A DNA stretch of 64,000 bases from Azolla caroliniana (Eukaryota; Plantae; Polypodiophyta), in contig JBHGNT010000011.1 of the NCBI GenBank assembly GCA_043228905.1, forward strand, positions 3,534,001 to 3,598,000. The letters are read 5' to 3'. How positions within the stretch are numbered: the stretch's first letter is position 1; the number at the start of each line of letters is the position of its first letter. Below, one piece after another: positions 46,074-58,500 of the stretch. The translations under genes and the position numbers were made by a program. The notes under the pieces were generated by a model, which worked only from the letters and a program-made list of their open reading frames with translations, was not told the origin of the DNA and did no database searches.

Positions 46074-47687
46074 ATGCAATTTGCATTTTCGGGTGAAAGA
46101 ACACAAGATGCTGGTGCCTTTTTGGCATGCTTTGAGCATCATGCCATATCTATTGGACGCATCACCGACAACGAAAAGTTGCCCTTGTTGGTAGCTACAT
46201 TCTATGGTCGTGCTCGAGATTGGTATGACTCTCTTCCGCAAAATGAACAAGGAGAATATCAATTATTGGTGCATCAATTTCGTACAAGATATATTCAATG
46301 GAAAAGTGCAACTGAGGTAAGGGAGGAGCTTTTTCAACTAAAGATGGAATCACCTTTTGGTTTTTTAGAGTATGAACGAAATTTCCAAGAATTGTGGACG
46401 ACGTGGATTCGTCTTCGTGGTGGCACCGAAGACGAGTGGTTTAAGATAGAACAATTTAAGGTGGGCCTTGATATGCATTTCCGTTTGGAGGCAAGCTTGA
46501 AGGATCCAACGACTTTTCAAGCTCTTCTCCAAGTTTGTCAAGATTATGATCGACAAGTGAAGATGATGAGTTCCATGGGGGATCCCCAAATGACGGCTTT
46601 GGGTGCAAATTTGATGCCTCGTGCCAACTTTCAAGCCTTATCTTCAATTGTGCATGGTGGACAAGTGTTTCCAAATGTGTATACCACCACAACAATAAAC
46701 CCAACAAGTATATCTCAAGAAGTGGAACAAGTGAAGAGTGAACAAGATACAATGGCGTTGGTGAATCGGCGCTTTGATGAAGTGATGGCCCACTTGCAAC
46801 AATCCCAAGCAATTCGCAACACTATTCCCGATGGTGGTGGCTCTAGAGGGCATCAAGGTGTAATTTGTTATTCTTGTCAAGAGGAGGGACACATCTCAAC
46901 AAGATGTCCTCATCGACAACAAAGAGGCATGGGAAGAGGCATTTATCAAGTGCAAAGGAATGGACAACGACCTAACAACAATGAAGTCGAAGGAAACGTA
47001 ACACTCCCTATGGCTCAGGTTCCTACAATTCCTCATAATGTGAATCTTCTTAATTTTATTGATGATAGTGATAGTGCTTGTGAAGTAGCTCTTGTGAAAA
47101 GGACAAGAGCCTCGCAAAAGGAGAAAGAAGTTGAAGGAGAATCTAGTGACTCAAGACAAAAGAAGAAGTCTAAGGAGAATGAGAAAGAGGACAAATTGAG
47201 AAGGAGACACTCTAGAAGGAAGATAAAGATGGAGGATATTCCTATGGGAGAAGGTGTAGAATCTTTCAATCGGAAGCATGAATTGATATCGAGTGGACCA
47301 AGGATAACATGGCCGCAACTTCTCCAATTATCATCCACATTACAAAATGAGTGGGGGAGGCTTGTGAGTATTTGCCAAAGTCAAAAGACCGTGCATTACG
47401 TGGGGATCATGCGAGTAGAAGATCGAAAGGACATACGTCCAATCATCCCTGTCTCCATCAAAGGGGTTCACATCAAAGATGCCTTGGGTGATAGTGGTGC
47501 TAGGGTAAGCTTGATTTCTGAATTTGTAGTAAACAAAGTAGGAATTCCTATTAGTAGGTCATCTTCAACAAGGGTGGTTGTAGTAGATAGTGGAGTGGTG
47601 CATTGCACAAGCATAGTGGAGGATGTGTTCATCAAGTGTTTTGGAATAAGAGTTCAACGCATGGTTACAAGAAAGTTCCAATTATAA
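46074..47687 (+). CDS. Gag-protease of element J
   Basis: Open ORF with gag core (F.G.....FL..FE, GRARDWY), CCHC CYSCQEEGHISTRC and ALGDSGARVSLI aspartic protease. First ATG at 46074. Confidence 0.85.
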   Translation: MQFAFSGERTQDAGAFLACFEHHAISIGRITDNEKLPLLVATFYGRARDWYDSLPQNEQGEYQLLVHQFRTRYIQWKSATEVREELFQLKMESPFGFLEYERNFQELWTTWIRLRGGTEDEWFKIEQFKVGLDMHFRLEASLKDPTTFQALLQVCQDYDRQVKMMSSMGDPQMTALGANLMPRANFQALSSIVHGGQVFPNVYTTTTINPTSISQEVEQVKSEQDTMALVNRRFDEVMAHLQQSQAIRNTIPDGGGSRGHQGVICYSCQEEGHISTRCPHRQQRGMGRGIYQVQRNGQRPNNNEVEGNVTLPMAQVPTIPHNVNLLNFIDDSDSACEVALVKRTRASQKEKEVEGESSDSRQKKKSKENEKEDKLRRRHSRRKIKMEDIPMGEGVESFNRKHELISSGPRITWPQLLQLSSTLQNEWGRLVSICQSQKTVHYVGIMRVEDRKDIRPIIPVSIKGVHIKDALGDSGARVSLISEFVVNKVGIPISRSSSTRVVVVDSGVVHCTSIVEDVFIKCFGIRVQRMVTRKFQL

Positions 47688-47688
47688 G

Positions 47689-48066
47689 ATGGAAGATTTG
47701 AGGTGTGTGTCACCTATAGTTTTGGTTCCAAAGAAGAATGAGATCAATTTCAAACCCTTGAATGATTCGACCAAACGAGATGAATTTTCACTTCCTTCTC
47801 GAGATGAGATTGTCGATAAAATGGTTGTTTATACAAAACAAGGTAGTGTGAACAATATGTTGTGCCAAAAAGGATTTCATGTGGATGATTCAAAGATTAA
47901 CATAATTACAAAGATGACAATTCCGACAAGTCTTGAAGCTTTGAAAGTATTTGTGCAAAAGGTGCGCTCGCTCGAAAGATTCATTTATATGTTGACATGC
48001 TTACTGCTATCAAGAGTGATGTATCCCATGGCCCTACTAGTCTTTGGAGAGTTAACGAAGACATAA
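47689..48066 (+). pseudogene. Internally deleted RT remnant of J
   Basis: SPIVLVPKK / NFKPLN..TKRDEFSLP..DEIVD / GFHVDDSKI..I...PT....LKVF. No YxDD motif, RNase H or integrase. Confidence 0.75.
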
Positions 48067-51000
48067 TGATTGTGGTAACCTCTTTCTTTGTGTTGACAAG
48101 GAGAAAGATGATGATGGAATTGTCAATGTGTGTGTGGGTGTGTCTAGGAGTGTGAGGTTTTTCCTACCGACTAGCGGGGGTTTTACTCACATAGTTTGTT
48201 TCTTTTTCTTCTCTCCTTCTTTGTCTATAGCCTACCATAAGGCGAAGGAGTTTTTTTTATTCTTTTTATCTTCGGCTCACCATAAATGGTTCGCTCAACA
48301 AGCAAGGGGGGGGGGGGGCTAAATGTGAAAGTGTTTTTAGAATCTAAGCCATTGAACATTAGGAGAATATAAAGTATAGATAATTCACCTTTTGAGGACA
48401 AGAACACGAACTAAGACCTTAGGGAAGAAGTCAAAAGTAAAAGTACGAGACCAAGAGAAAAGTAAAAAGAGAAAACGCAGACTATAAAAACAGTAAAAAT
48501 AGAATGGTCATAACTCCCTCGTTGTTTATCCAAATATCACGTTTAAATATGGATTAGAAAGCTTGTAAAAAGAGCTTTCTATAGCTTTTTAAATCGCTTA
48601 ATTTGGATATCGGATGAGGGAGATATGACGATTAGAAGGTCGATGTGTCATAGCTAAAAATAGGAAGATAAAAAGCTTCTAAAAATAGCATGAACGTAGA
48701 TAAGAAGAGGAAGGTTATAAAAGAAGAAGTGATATTAGTGAGGAGGGGCTAAGAGTGAAGGCCAAAGAGTGGATGAGGAGTGTTAGGAAGAAGTGTCTTT
48801 GTGGAAGAGGAAGTGTCTTAGAAGAGGAAGGTCTTTGGTTTTAGTTCAATGTGGAGTTTGTCTCCTTTGTATTCTCTTGATGTTGGAATATCAGAACATT
48901 CTTATTTCTTGCTCGCTTTCTCTATCTTTTTTCTTAGTTTCTTGAGTTATACTCTCTAATCATAATTACCTAGAGCTATATAATATATTATGATTTTCAA
49001 CTCCATCTAATCGGTTTGGTCAAGCCCTCATATAGTGTATAACTATCTATTATCTTATACACCCTATCAGAAGGCTCCGCTCTCTGCTTGATTGCTTCCT
49101 GCAATCAGCATGTTGTCGACGTATAGGATCAGATAAATCCTAGTCTCGTCGGCCAGTTGCCGAATATACATGCATGGGTCAGAGTCATGTTGGCGGTATC
49201 CAAGCTGCCTGATGTAGGAGTCAAACTTTTGGTTTCAAGCCATATAGAATTTTCTTTAACCGACATACGAGGTAACTGTCCTCCCCCGTTGCCGTGAAGC
49301 ATGCTGGTTGAGACATGTAAATGTCTTCTTCCAGATCTCTGTGTAGGAATGCCGTCTTTACATCCAGCTGCTCTAGCTCTAGGTCTTCTGCCGCCACAAC
49401 TCCTAGTAAATGTCGGAGGGTGGTCATCTTGACTACTGGTGAGAATATCTCGTTGTAGTCGACCCCGTATTCTTGTTTAAATCCCTTCGCGATGAGCCGA
49501 GCTTTGTACTTGGGTTTTCTGAGTTGGATACATATTTGTATCGGAAAACCCATTTGCAGGGTAGCAGCTTCCTTCTAGTTGGTAGTTCAACCAACACCCA
49601 TGTCTGATTCTTGTGAATCGAGTCCATTTCAGATTTCATGGCTTGTAGCCATGTGTCAACATCCGTTGCGGCCTTAACTTCTTCATAAGTGCTTGGTTCG
49701 CCTGCATCAGTGTAGTTGACATAGTCGAGGCTCGGTTGAAAACATTCTGTTGGCCTTCGAGCTCATCCAGATCTCCTGGGTGCCGAGATAAGTGGTTCGG
49801 ATTCTTCGATCAACTCGGTTGGGCGATTGGTATTTGTTGAACCATTTGTGTCAAGAGTCTTGTTAGGTGACCTGCCCCCAAGTCGGGATTTCAGTGGTGT
49901 CACGTTGTCCTCCCATAGGGACTTTGTCGACTCGGTTCTGTTTCCTACTCGCATCTTGTTGACTTTGCCTGCTTCGACTTTTGTCAAATCGGCTCTGTCG
50001 TTGATGGCTTTGTCTTTGAGTTTGACTAGTGGACTTCCTACCAATTCGGAGTCGGCAGGTATGTTGTCGTCTTGTTCGAGTTCGATTGTTTGTCGAATCT
50101 CTGAGTTGGCCTGGTGGGTCGGTCCTTCTACGACGTCTCTGTCGTCTTGGAATGATACCTTTTAAAAACAACTATTTTCGGCAGGTTCCGCTAAGAGAAG
50201 ATAGAGTCTTCATTGAAGACTACGTCATTGCTCCGAATCAGTTTCCGATTCTTAGGGTCCCATAGCCTATAGCCGAATTGCCCATCGGTTCCATAACCGA
50301 GAAATATGCATTTCATTGCATGGGGTGCCAATTTTGTCCTTTTATCCCTAGGGATGAACGAGTAGGCTTCGCATCCGAATATATGGAGCCATCGTAGGTT
50401 GGCTGTTTGCCTGACCATAGTGCCTGTGGCACTTTGAGCCTAATTTCTCTCGACGGTGCTAGATTTATCAGGTATACTGCCGTTTGCAATGCTTCTGCCC
50501 AGAAATCCAGCTTCATTCTGGCTTGGTGAAGCATTGCCGTCACCCTCTCCTGGATCGTTTTGTTGATCCGTTCTACCACTCCATTTTGCATGGGTGTGTA
50601 TCGAACGAACAATCTTTTGATGTCGGATCCCTTTGTTGGACATGTACTATTTGAAGGCTCTGGAGGTGTACTCACCTCCATTGTTGGATCTGAGTGTCTT
50701 CACTCTGTGTCCCGACTGGTTCTCCACTTCAGATATCCACCGAGTGAAGACCTCGAGCGCTTCGTCTTTGAACTTGATCGAGTAGGCCCAAACCTTCGTC
50801 TACAAAGGTGATGAAGTATCGGGAGCCTCCTAGTGATTGTTTTGGCATGGGCCCAGATATATTTGTGTGCATGAGCTCTAGGGGCTGTCGTACCATCTCG
50901 TAGTGGAGAGTGTGTGGACTTCGGGTCTGTTTCCCGTATCAACAATGCTCGCAAAAATCCGTCTTCGCTTGGAGTTTTGGGATGTAGCCTACCGCCATCA

Positions 51001-53214
51001 ATCGATCAAGTCTGGCTTGAGACATGTGATTGAGTCGGCCATGCCATAAGTTTGGGTCGGTCTTTTCGGCTAAAGTCACGACCCCTTCTGGATTGATCGC
51101 CATTAATGGGTACAGGTTGTTTTACTTGTGCCCGGCTCCTATCTTCAGGTTTCCTCGACTGATCATCCATACCGACTCACTTAGAGTCGTTTTGTACCCC
51201 TCTCCGGCTAGCATGCCAATGGAGACCAGACTCCTTTTCAGATTAGGTACATGCCGAACTCGGTGTGTTGCCATTTGGCAATTGGATGGGAACCTCTCCG
51301 GTCCATGCAATTCTGCACTCCTGCCCATTTCCTAGACGGACTGTGTTGAATAGTCCGAAAAGCATTGAATGTTGGGGGTCACATGGAATGTGGCACTAGA
51401 ATCCAGTAGCCACGTGTGTGCATCTTGTGCACTATAGAGGACTTCTCTGATCATTGAATCCTCTAAGGAGAGAACTTCTCCTGATCGGGAGTCGGCAATG
51501 TTGATTTGGTTGCCAACTGAAGAGTGATCCGAGTTGGGTCATCCTCGATTTCGCTCGGATCTCCGACCACTCTCTTTCCTCTTGATTGACCAATAGTCGG
51601 AAACATTGTGGCCAAAGTTTCTGCAGTGTGTGCAGAATTCTCCTAATCGACCCATTCTTGACTTCGACTGTTGTTGGTCTCCCCTCGTTTTTGATCAATT
51701 GGTATTACGATCGGTTATGTTGGCTTGGTCTCTCGTACGACTCGGTCGAGTGATGGGCTTTTGCCGATTCATCGATGGTAAGTCCCATCAATTTTCGTCG
51801 AATGTCCTCGGTGACGACTTGGCCTATCGTCTCATCCAGATTTAGGATCGGTCGACTATTGGCATATGTCGTACAGAATACCGCCCAACTCGCCGACAAG
51901 CTTGATAGGAGGGCAAGGGCTTTCACTTCTTCTTTGAAGTTGATTCCTTGTGAGGAGAGTTCTGACAACACCCGATTGAAGGTGTTGATGTGGGAGGTAG
52001 CCGGATCAGTCTCTCTCATCTTCATGTTGAACAATTGTTTGATCAAAATCAGTTTTGAAGATGAGGACTTTTTCTCGTACACGGCTTGTAGTTTCTCCCA
52101 TAATGAGAACGTTGTCATCTCTTTCGCCATGCTGAAGTAGAAATTTCGGCTAGGTGCATTTGAATGGTGGATCATGCGATTTCGTTCGTTGATCTCTACT
52201 CATCGGCTGAAATTGAAGCAAGCTTTTCAGAGTGTCGAATGGCCTCAACTTGTCTTCTAATAATCAGTACATCCTACATCATCTCCTTCCATAGGGCAAA
52301 GTTTTTGTTGTCGAATTTTCGGATCTCAACTCTTGTACCGGATGTTGATGCCATGATTCTTTCAGAAGTGAGATTTACTAACTTGGTTTTTCTTTCAGCC
52401 TTTTCTGTGTTCTATTGCCGCTGAGCAGCAGATTGCTCTGATACCAGTTGAAGCGTAAGTGTATGCGGAAACGTATGAGGATCTGTCTCAATTCGTACTC
52501 AGAAAACAACACAGAAAGAGAAGCAAAGATATACACAGATTGAGACTTTAATGGAAGCTCTATTATGTTCTTTGTCTCACTCTCTCAAAGACTCGATATC
52601 CGATATATGGTCAAGATGATTATTCTTTACAACGTGAGGTTATTGCTTATATACTAAGCCCTAACTATGTGGACAAGTTCACACTAGGATACAAAGTGGA
52701 GGGAGTTGGCTTTTTATGCCAACAATCGTTACACTTCAAGATCTATTCTATTGTCTTGGCGCGCTAATGATTACATTACCCTAGTTACTCTTAACTTTGG
52801 TTTACCTCCCCTAACCCTGGTTGTAGTTATTCGAGTTAGGTTAGGGTTTTAACCTCTGTTTTACCACATGATTCGACAACTCCACCTTTTGAAAAGGTTG
52901 TCCGTGGTGGTTGATGGCACTCTGATCCGTCGTCGTGGGGGCTGTATATCCTGACATTTTTGATCCATTGTTGCAAGCAACGTCTGGTTGGTTGTGTTCG
53001 ATGGCATCTCTAATCTATTGTTCGTGGGGGTTGTGTCTAAGGCCATTTTTGATCTGCCATTGTAGGCCACATCCTAGTGAGTCCATTGTTCTTGAGTGAT
53101 TGATGATGACCTCTGCTGCGGTGCCATAGTGCCTATGGGATGCTCAACGTACGACTTCATCTGCATTATGTGTGCGTAAGTTGTATATCCATTTTCATAT
53201 CAACGAAGAGAATA

Positions 53215-53493
53215 GGTTTGAGAATTTGGAGCTAATTAAGCTAGATGTAGAAACGAAATTCCTCCACGGTGACCTAGAGGAGGAAATTGATATGGAGTGG
53301 ACGAAAGGCTTTGTGATGTCTGTCCAAGAACATCTAGTCTGCCGACTCAAGAAGAGTCTATATGGCCTGAAGCAGGCACCCAAACAGTGGTACAAGAAGT
53401 TTAACGATTTTATCCACAATTGGTCAACTTCTCAAGGAGCGATGAGGACCACTGCCTCTTCACCAAAACTGTGGTTAATGTTTGCCATGAAGG
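53215..53493 (+). pseudogene. Orphan Copia RT fragment, target of element K
   Basis: LDVETKFLHGDLEEEI...[23 protein letters not shown]...FAMK. Confidence 0.85.
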
Positions 53494-55578
53494 TGTTAGC
53501 AATATGTCCCTCCTATGGGAGCAACCGACTGATTGGGCCGAGTGCCGACAGTTGAAGATGTGGAGAGTCAACTGTAGGAGTTGACAGTAGGAGAGTCCAA
53601 GTCGAAGACACGACTGACTAGTCGGGCCAACTAGATGGTCGAAGATAAGGCTGACTAGTTGGGCCGACTAGATAGTCAACATTGGAGTCGACTAGTTGAA
53701 CAATCGGCTGATTAACTATTATTGTTATAATAGGAATGACAGTGGCAGTGGCTACATTTGTAAATAACCCATATAGTGTATAAGTATAAATACCCTTATG
53801 GCAAACAAAGAGTTGAATATAGAATAGAATAGTCGTGAGCATTTGTTGAAGTGTGTGTGATAGAGAGCGAGAGGGAACGACGCCATAACTGTGTGAGCTT
53901 AGACGTCAAGAGCCTTGTGAGGCTGTTACACTCTTCCGAGAGAGAGTGTTGTAATCTCATCGTCTTGTATATCCACTATATAGTGAAGATTTGTTCTCCA
54001 GTGGTTTTTTTCCTTGTTTAGGGTTTCCACGTAAAAGTGTGTACTCTGTGTATTTCGTTGTTTTTCTTTGTTTTGGGTCTTTCTCACGAATAGACAGGAG
54101 TGCATCTCTACAAACTGGTATCAGAGCTAGGTTGAAGATGGAAGGAGGTGTGAGCGGCTTCCCAGGCATGATAGTTCTTAACTCTCAGAACTATGTGGAC
54201 TGGAAGATAAAGATGGAGGACCTTCTCATAGTCAAAGACGTGTACGAGCCACTCGACAGAGCAAAAATACCCATGGGGGTATTAGAGTCGGAATGGAAAC
54301 TTCTTAACAAAAAGGCTGTGGCCACCATCCGACAGTGCGTCAATGTAAGTGTCCTTCAACATGTGGCGAATGACACAAATGCCTACGAGATGTGGCAGAA
54401 ACTATCAGGCTTATATGAGAGGAAGAACACCCTCAACAAAACATTCGTGATGAGGAGGATCGTAAGGCTGAAATACAGGGACGGGGAAAGCATAGTTGAG
54501 CACGTAAGCACATTCATGGGGTATGTGAATCAACTTGCTGCAACCAAGTTTCCTCTCGAGGATGCAATGCAAGCCATCCTCCTATTGTGTATCTTGCCAG
54601 ACAACTAGGAGAACCTCGTGGTGACTCTTAACACCTCCTTTCAAGAAGAGAACTTGTCTCTACAAGTGGTAAAGGCAAGCATCCTGAACGAGGAGACAAG
54701 AAGGAAGGACAAGAGTGTCTTGTGTTGGGAAATCAGTCCCTCCGGATGGGATCCGGTTATGAATGAAGAGGACCCGGTGAGAACCGGAAGAGATCCGGAA
54801 ACCGGATCGGATGGACCCAGTGAGAATTGGAAGACAAGACATATTTGTAAATATGTTCTGAGTAAGCCTATTGAGGCTATATTTGTAAATAGCCCTAATT
54901 TCATATAAGTATAAATATGACTTAGGGAAATCACTTAAGTGGTTGTTGTCATATTGTTGTATGTAACTGTTGTATAGAGCGAGTGACAGAGGGAGAGAGT
55001 GAGAGACAGAGCGATACTCTGTTGTAACCGCTGCTTGGCAAAGAAACAGAGCTTGAGGTTGTTGCCTTTGAGTCTCTGATTGTACCCTCTTTCTTCATAG
55101 TGTTGGTTCAGATTCTGTGGGCTCCCGTGGTTTTCCCCTATTAGGGTGTCAGAACCAAGAGAGAAGGTAAAGTGATAGAAGAAAGATATAAAGAGATCAA
55201 AAGAAGAGGAATGAAATGATAAGAGAAGAATGAGTGTATTAAAGTAGAATAAGAATGGATACAAGATAGGCGATGAGAGCTTAAGACTGGTGTTGATTCA
55301 AATTGGTTTTGAGAAGAATTGTATGTCCATATTTATAGGTTCCTATAGAATAACCTGGTGATTTCTATAATGTTCTAGAATGTTCTAGACCTAGAATATT
55401 CTAAGATGTTCAAGGATATTCTAGAATGTTCTAGGATGTTCTAGAACATTTACAATATCAGTCTATTACAAGAAGTAGCTTTTATTATTTCATATAATTA
55501 TATGTTATCTTAATGGTTAGATTCTTGATTATGTATTACAAGGTCTTGGGTTCAAGCCCAAGTGAAGCCACATAAGGT

Positions 55579-58500
55579 TCACGGATTCATGACACTATCC
55601 CTCCTCTTAAAACGATGAGTGGAAGGAGTTGTTAACAATGCAGGGCCAGGTTTGTTGGGATAGTGATGATGGAAGTCGTCAATAAGAGCTTGAGCATTAC
55701 AAACATTATCGACAGGTTCCCATGTGCGATCACTCGGAGTATAGCCTAGCCAATCAACTAGATAATACAACTTATTGCACACAATCTTTGAATCAAGAAT
55801 GGAGGCTATCTCATACTCTACGCCATCAACAAGTTGGAGAGGAGGAGGCGGCGGCACAACACGATTGGGAATCGAGCTGGTGTGGTAAGATTCCAAAAGA
55901 GAGCCGTGAAAGACTGGATGAAGCCACAAACTTGTAGGAAGATCAAGACGGAATGTTGCATCATTAATCCACTTCGTGATGACAAAAGGACCCAAGCATT
56001 TATAATCTAGTTTATCACACGGCCGAGTAGTCTTTATGTGATGGCGTAACAACCATACCCGATCACCAACCTTGAATGGAAACGGAAGACGATGTCGATC
56101 TGCATGGACCTTATGTTGGGCTTGAGCTTTCTGAAGATGTGAAGACAACACAGACTGAAGATGTTGTAGTCGGTGGAGGTGTTGCTCTGCACTAGGGTTT
56201 TCTGAGATCACTGGAATGTCCAAGCGACACTATTGAGGATGGTTGCCAGTATAGGCATAGAAAGGTGTGACCTTGGTAGAAGAGTGGATGGTGTTATTGT
56301 ATGCAAACTCTGCAAGATGCAATATATGACTCCAATCATCTTGTTGATAACTGATGAAACATCGAAGATACTGCTCAAGTGTTTGATTTGTGCGCTTTGT
56401 TTGGCCATCAGTTTCGAGATGATATGTTGAAGAGAGTTTGCAAGAGATTCAGAGCCCGTCACATAGGTGCTTCCAAAAGTGAGAGATAAATTGCAGTCCA
56501 CGATCACTAATTATGTCGTTTGGAAGACCATGATGGCGAAATACTTCACACATAATGATATCTACTGTTTCTTGACTACTGATGCTTTTTATGCAGGGTA
56601 GAAAATGTGCCATCTTGGTAAACCGATCCACTATGGTTAAAATAGCATCAAAACCTTGTGAAGGTGGCAGATCTGTAATGAAATCCATAGTAATTGACTG
56701 CCATGGCTTGCTTGGAGTCGGCAATGGTTGTAACAACCCATAAGGATGATGCCTAGGCATTTTAGCTCAACAACATGTGTCACATGTGCGAACATAATCT
56801 TCAACGAATTGTTGTAAATGAGGCCACCAAAATGATCGCTTCACTAGCTCCATGGTCTTGGCAATACCAAAGTGTCCGGCCATACGGGCATCATGACAGT
56901 GCTCCAACACTCGAAGGCGTGGTGATCCATCAGGGACATAAAGTAGATTCTTGTAGAAAATTAAGTTATCTTGCCAGTTGAACCCCTTATAGCATCGAGA
57001 TGTCCTTGGCAATGTGGAGCAAAATGCATGATTTGGACCAAGGTGGGTGAGGACATCCTTAGCAAAATCATTAGAGTTAAGTTGTTGTCGAATAGTATCA
57101 AGAAGACTTGAATCCAATGGCATGGCACAAACCGTGGTTGCTTGTAGCTTTGTTGGACCAAGGAGAACTTGCTTTTGATTGTCGAAAGCTGGATCTCCAG
57201 GGCAAAGTGCCGAATATGAGCGTCGAGATAGAGCATCTGCTTGCCCTTGTTGGTTCCCTAGGCGGAAAATGATCTTGAAATCAAAACGAGTTAAAAATTG
57301 CGCCCACCGAGCTTGTCGCCTATTTAGCACTCGAGTCGTTTGAAAATATGTAAGATTTTGTGGTCACTATAAATGATGATTTGATGAGGCGAACCTTCCA
57401 AGACATGTCGCCATTGCGCAAAAGAGTTGACCACAGCTAGTAACTCTTTGTCATGCACCTCGTAGTTGATCTCCGCAACATTAAACTTTCTTGAGTGAAA
57501 CGCGACTGGATGTAAGTGCCCATCTTCACCTGGTTGTGATAGGATGCTCCCCAATGCAAAGTCGGATGCATCTGCCTCAATGATAAAGGGCTTTTCTGGA
57601 TCAACATGAGCTAAGACAGGAGGTGATGTGAATGCCTCTTTCAACTAAGTAAAGACTTTGTCTGCTTCAGGAGTCCAAACAAATGCTTGATTTTTCTTGG
57701 TGAGTTGAGTAAGTGGCAATACCATCTTCGAATAATTCCATATGAATTTGCGATAGAAGTTGGCAAATCCAAGGAAACACTGGACATCGCGAATGGAACT
57801 TGGAGTATGCCATTCCAATATTGTTCGAACTTTCGCTGGATCCATGAAGATACCTTTGGATGAAATGGTGTAACCCAAGAACTCAACTTCTTTGCAATCA
57901 AAACTGCACTTCTCTAGTTTGGCATAAAGACCATACTATCTTAAGCGTTGGAGTACCTTCCGGACATGTATATCATGCTCCGCTTGTGTTCTAGAGTAAA
58001 TCAATAGATCATCTAAATAGATGATAAGAAAGATATCTAGAAAATATCAAAAAATGTCATTTGCCATATGTTGAAACACGACAGGAGCATTTGTGAGCCC
58101 AAAAGGCATAATTGTATACTCGAAATGGCCATATCGAGTGCGAAATGCAGTCTTCCACTCGTCTCCCAGTCGAATACGGATAAGATTATATGCACCCCTT
58201 AGATCAATCTTGGTAAAATGCTTTGCCCCTCCAATGCGCTCTAAAAGAAAGGAAATTAAAGGTAGAGCATACCTATTTCTTATTGTCACTTTATTTAATC
58301 CCCGATAATCCACAACCAAACGAAGTGAGCCGTCCTTTTTCTTCACGAAAAAGATAGGAGCACTAGCTGGAGACTTTGAATGTCGAATAAATCCACTTGC
58401 AAGATTCTCGTCAATGTATGCTCGAAGAACCTCAAGCTCCGTTGGGGACAGATTGTAGATCGGACCCCATGGTGGCTCTTTTCCTGGCTGTAGATCAATG

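Larger units (their letters stand above)
45260..49069 (+). mobile_element. Non-autonomous Ty3/Gypsy element J (Gag plus protease only, TR-GAG-like)
   Basis: LTRs 45260-45986 and 48324-49069, TSD GAAGG. PBS TGGCGCTCCAGGGAGGGTCGA (45990-46010) resembles tRNA-Arg. Poly-G PPT 48304-48318. Confidence 0.93.
44675..52354 (-). pseudogene. Element G gag-pol remnants (interrupted by J, truncated in RNase H)
   Basis: Motifs LWEKLQAVYEKKS, QNGVVERINKTIQE, KYKARLIAKGFKQEYGVDY, GSIMYAMVATRP and ECTALSTTEA. Confidence 0.88.
33322..52724 (-). mobile_element. Ty1/Copia element G (Tnt1/Tork-like, degenerate), host of nest 2
   Basis: 5' LTR 52449-52724, 3' LTR remnant 33322-33519. TSD ATCAT/ATCGT (CpG decay), PBS 52435-52446 (-). 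Gag starts MASTSGTRVEIRKFDNKNF at 52354. Confidence 0.88.
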
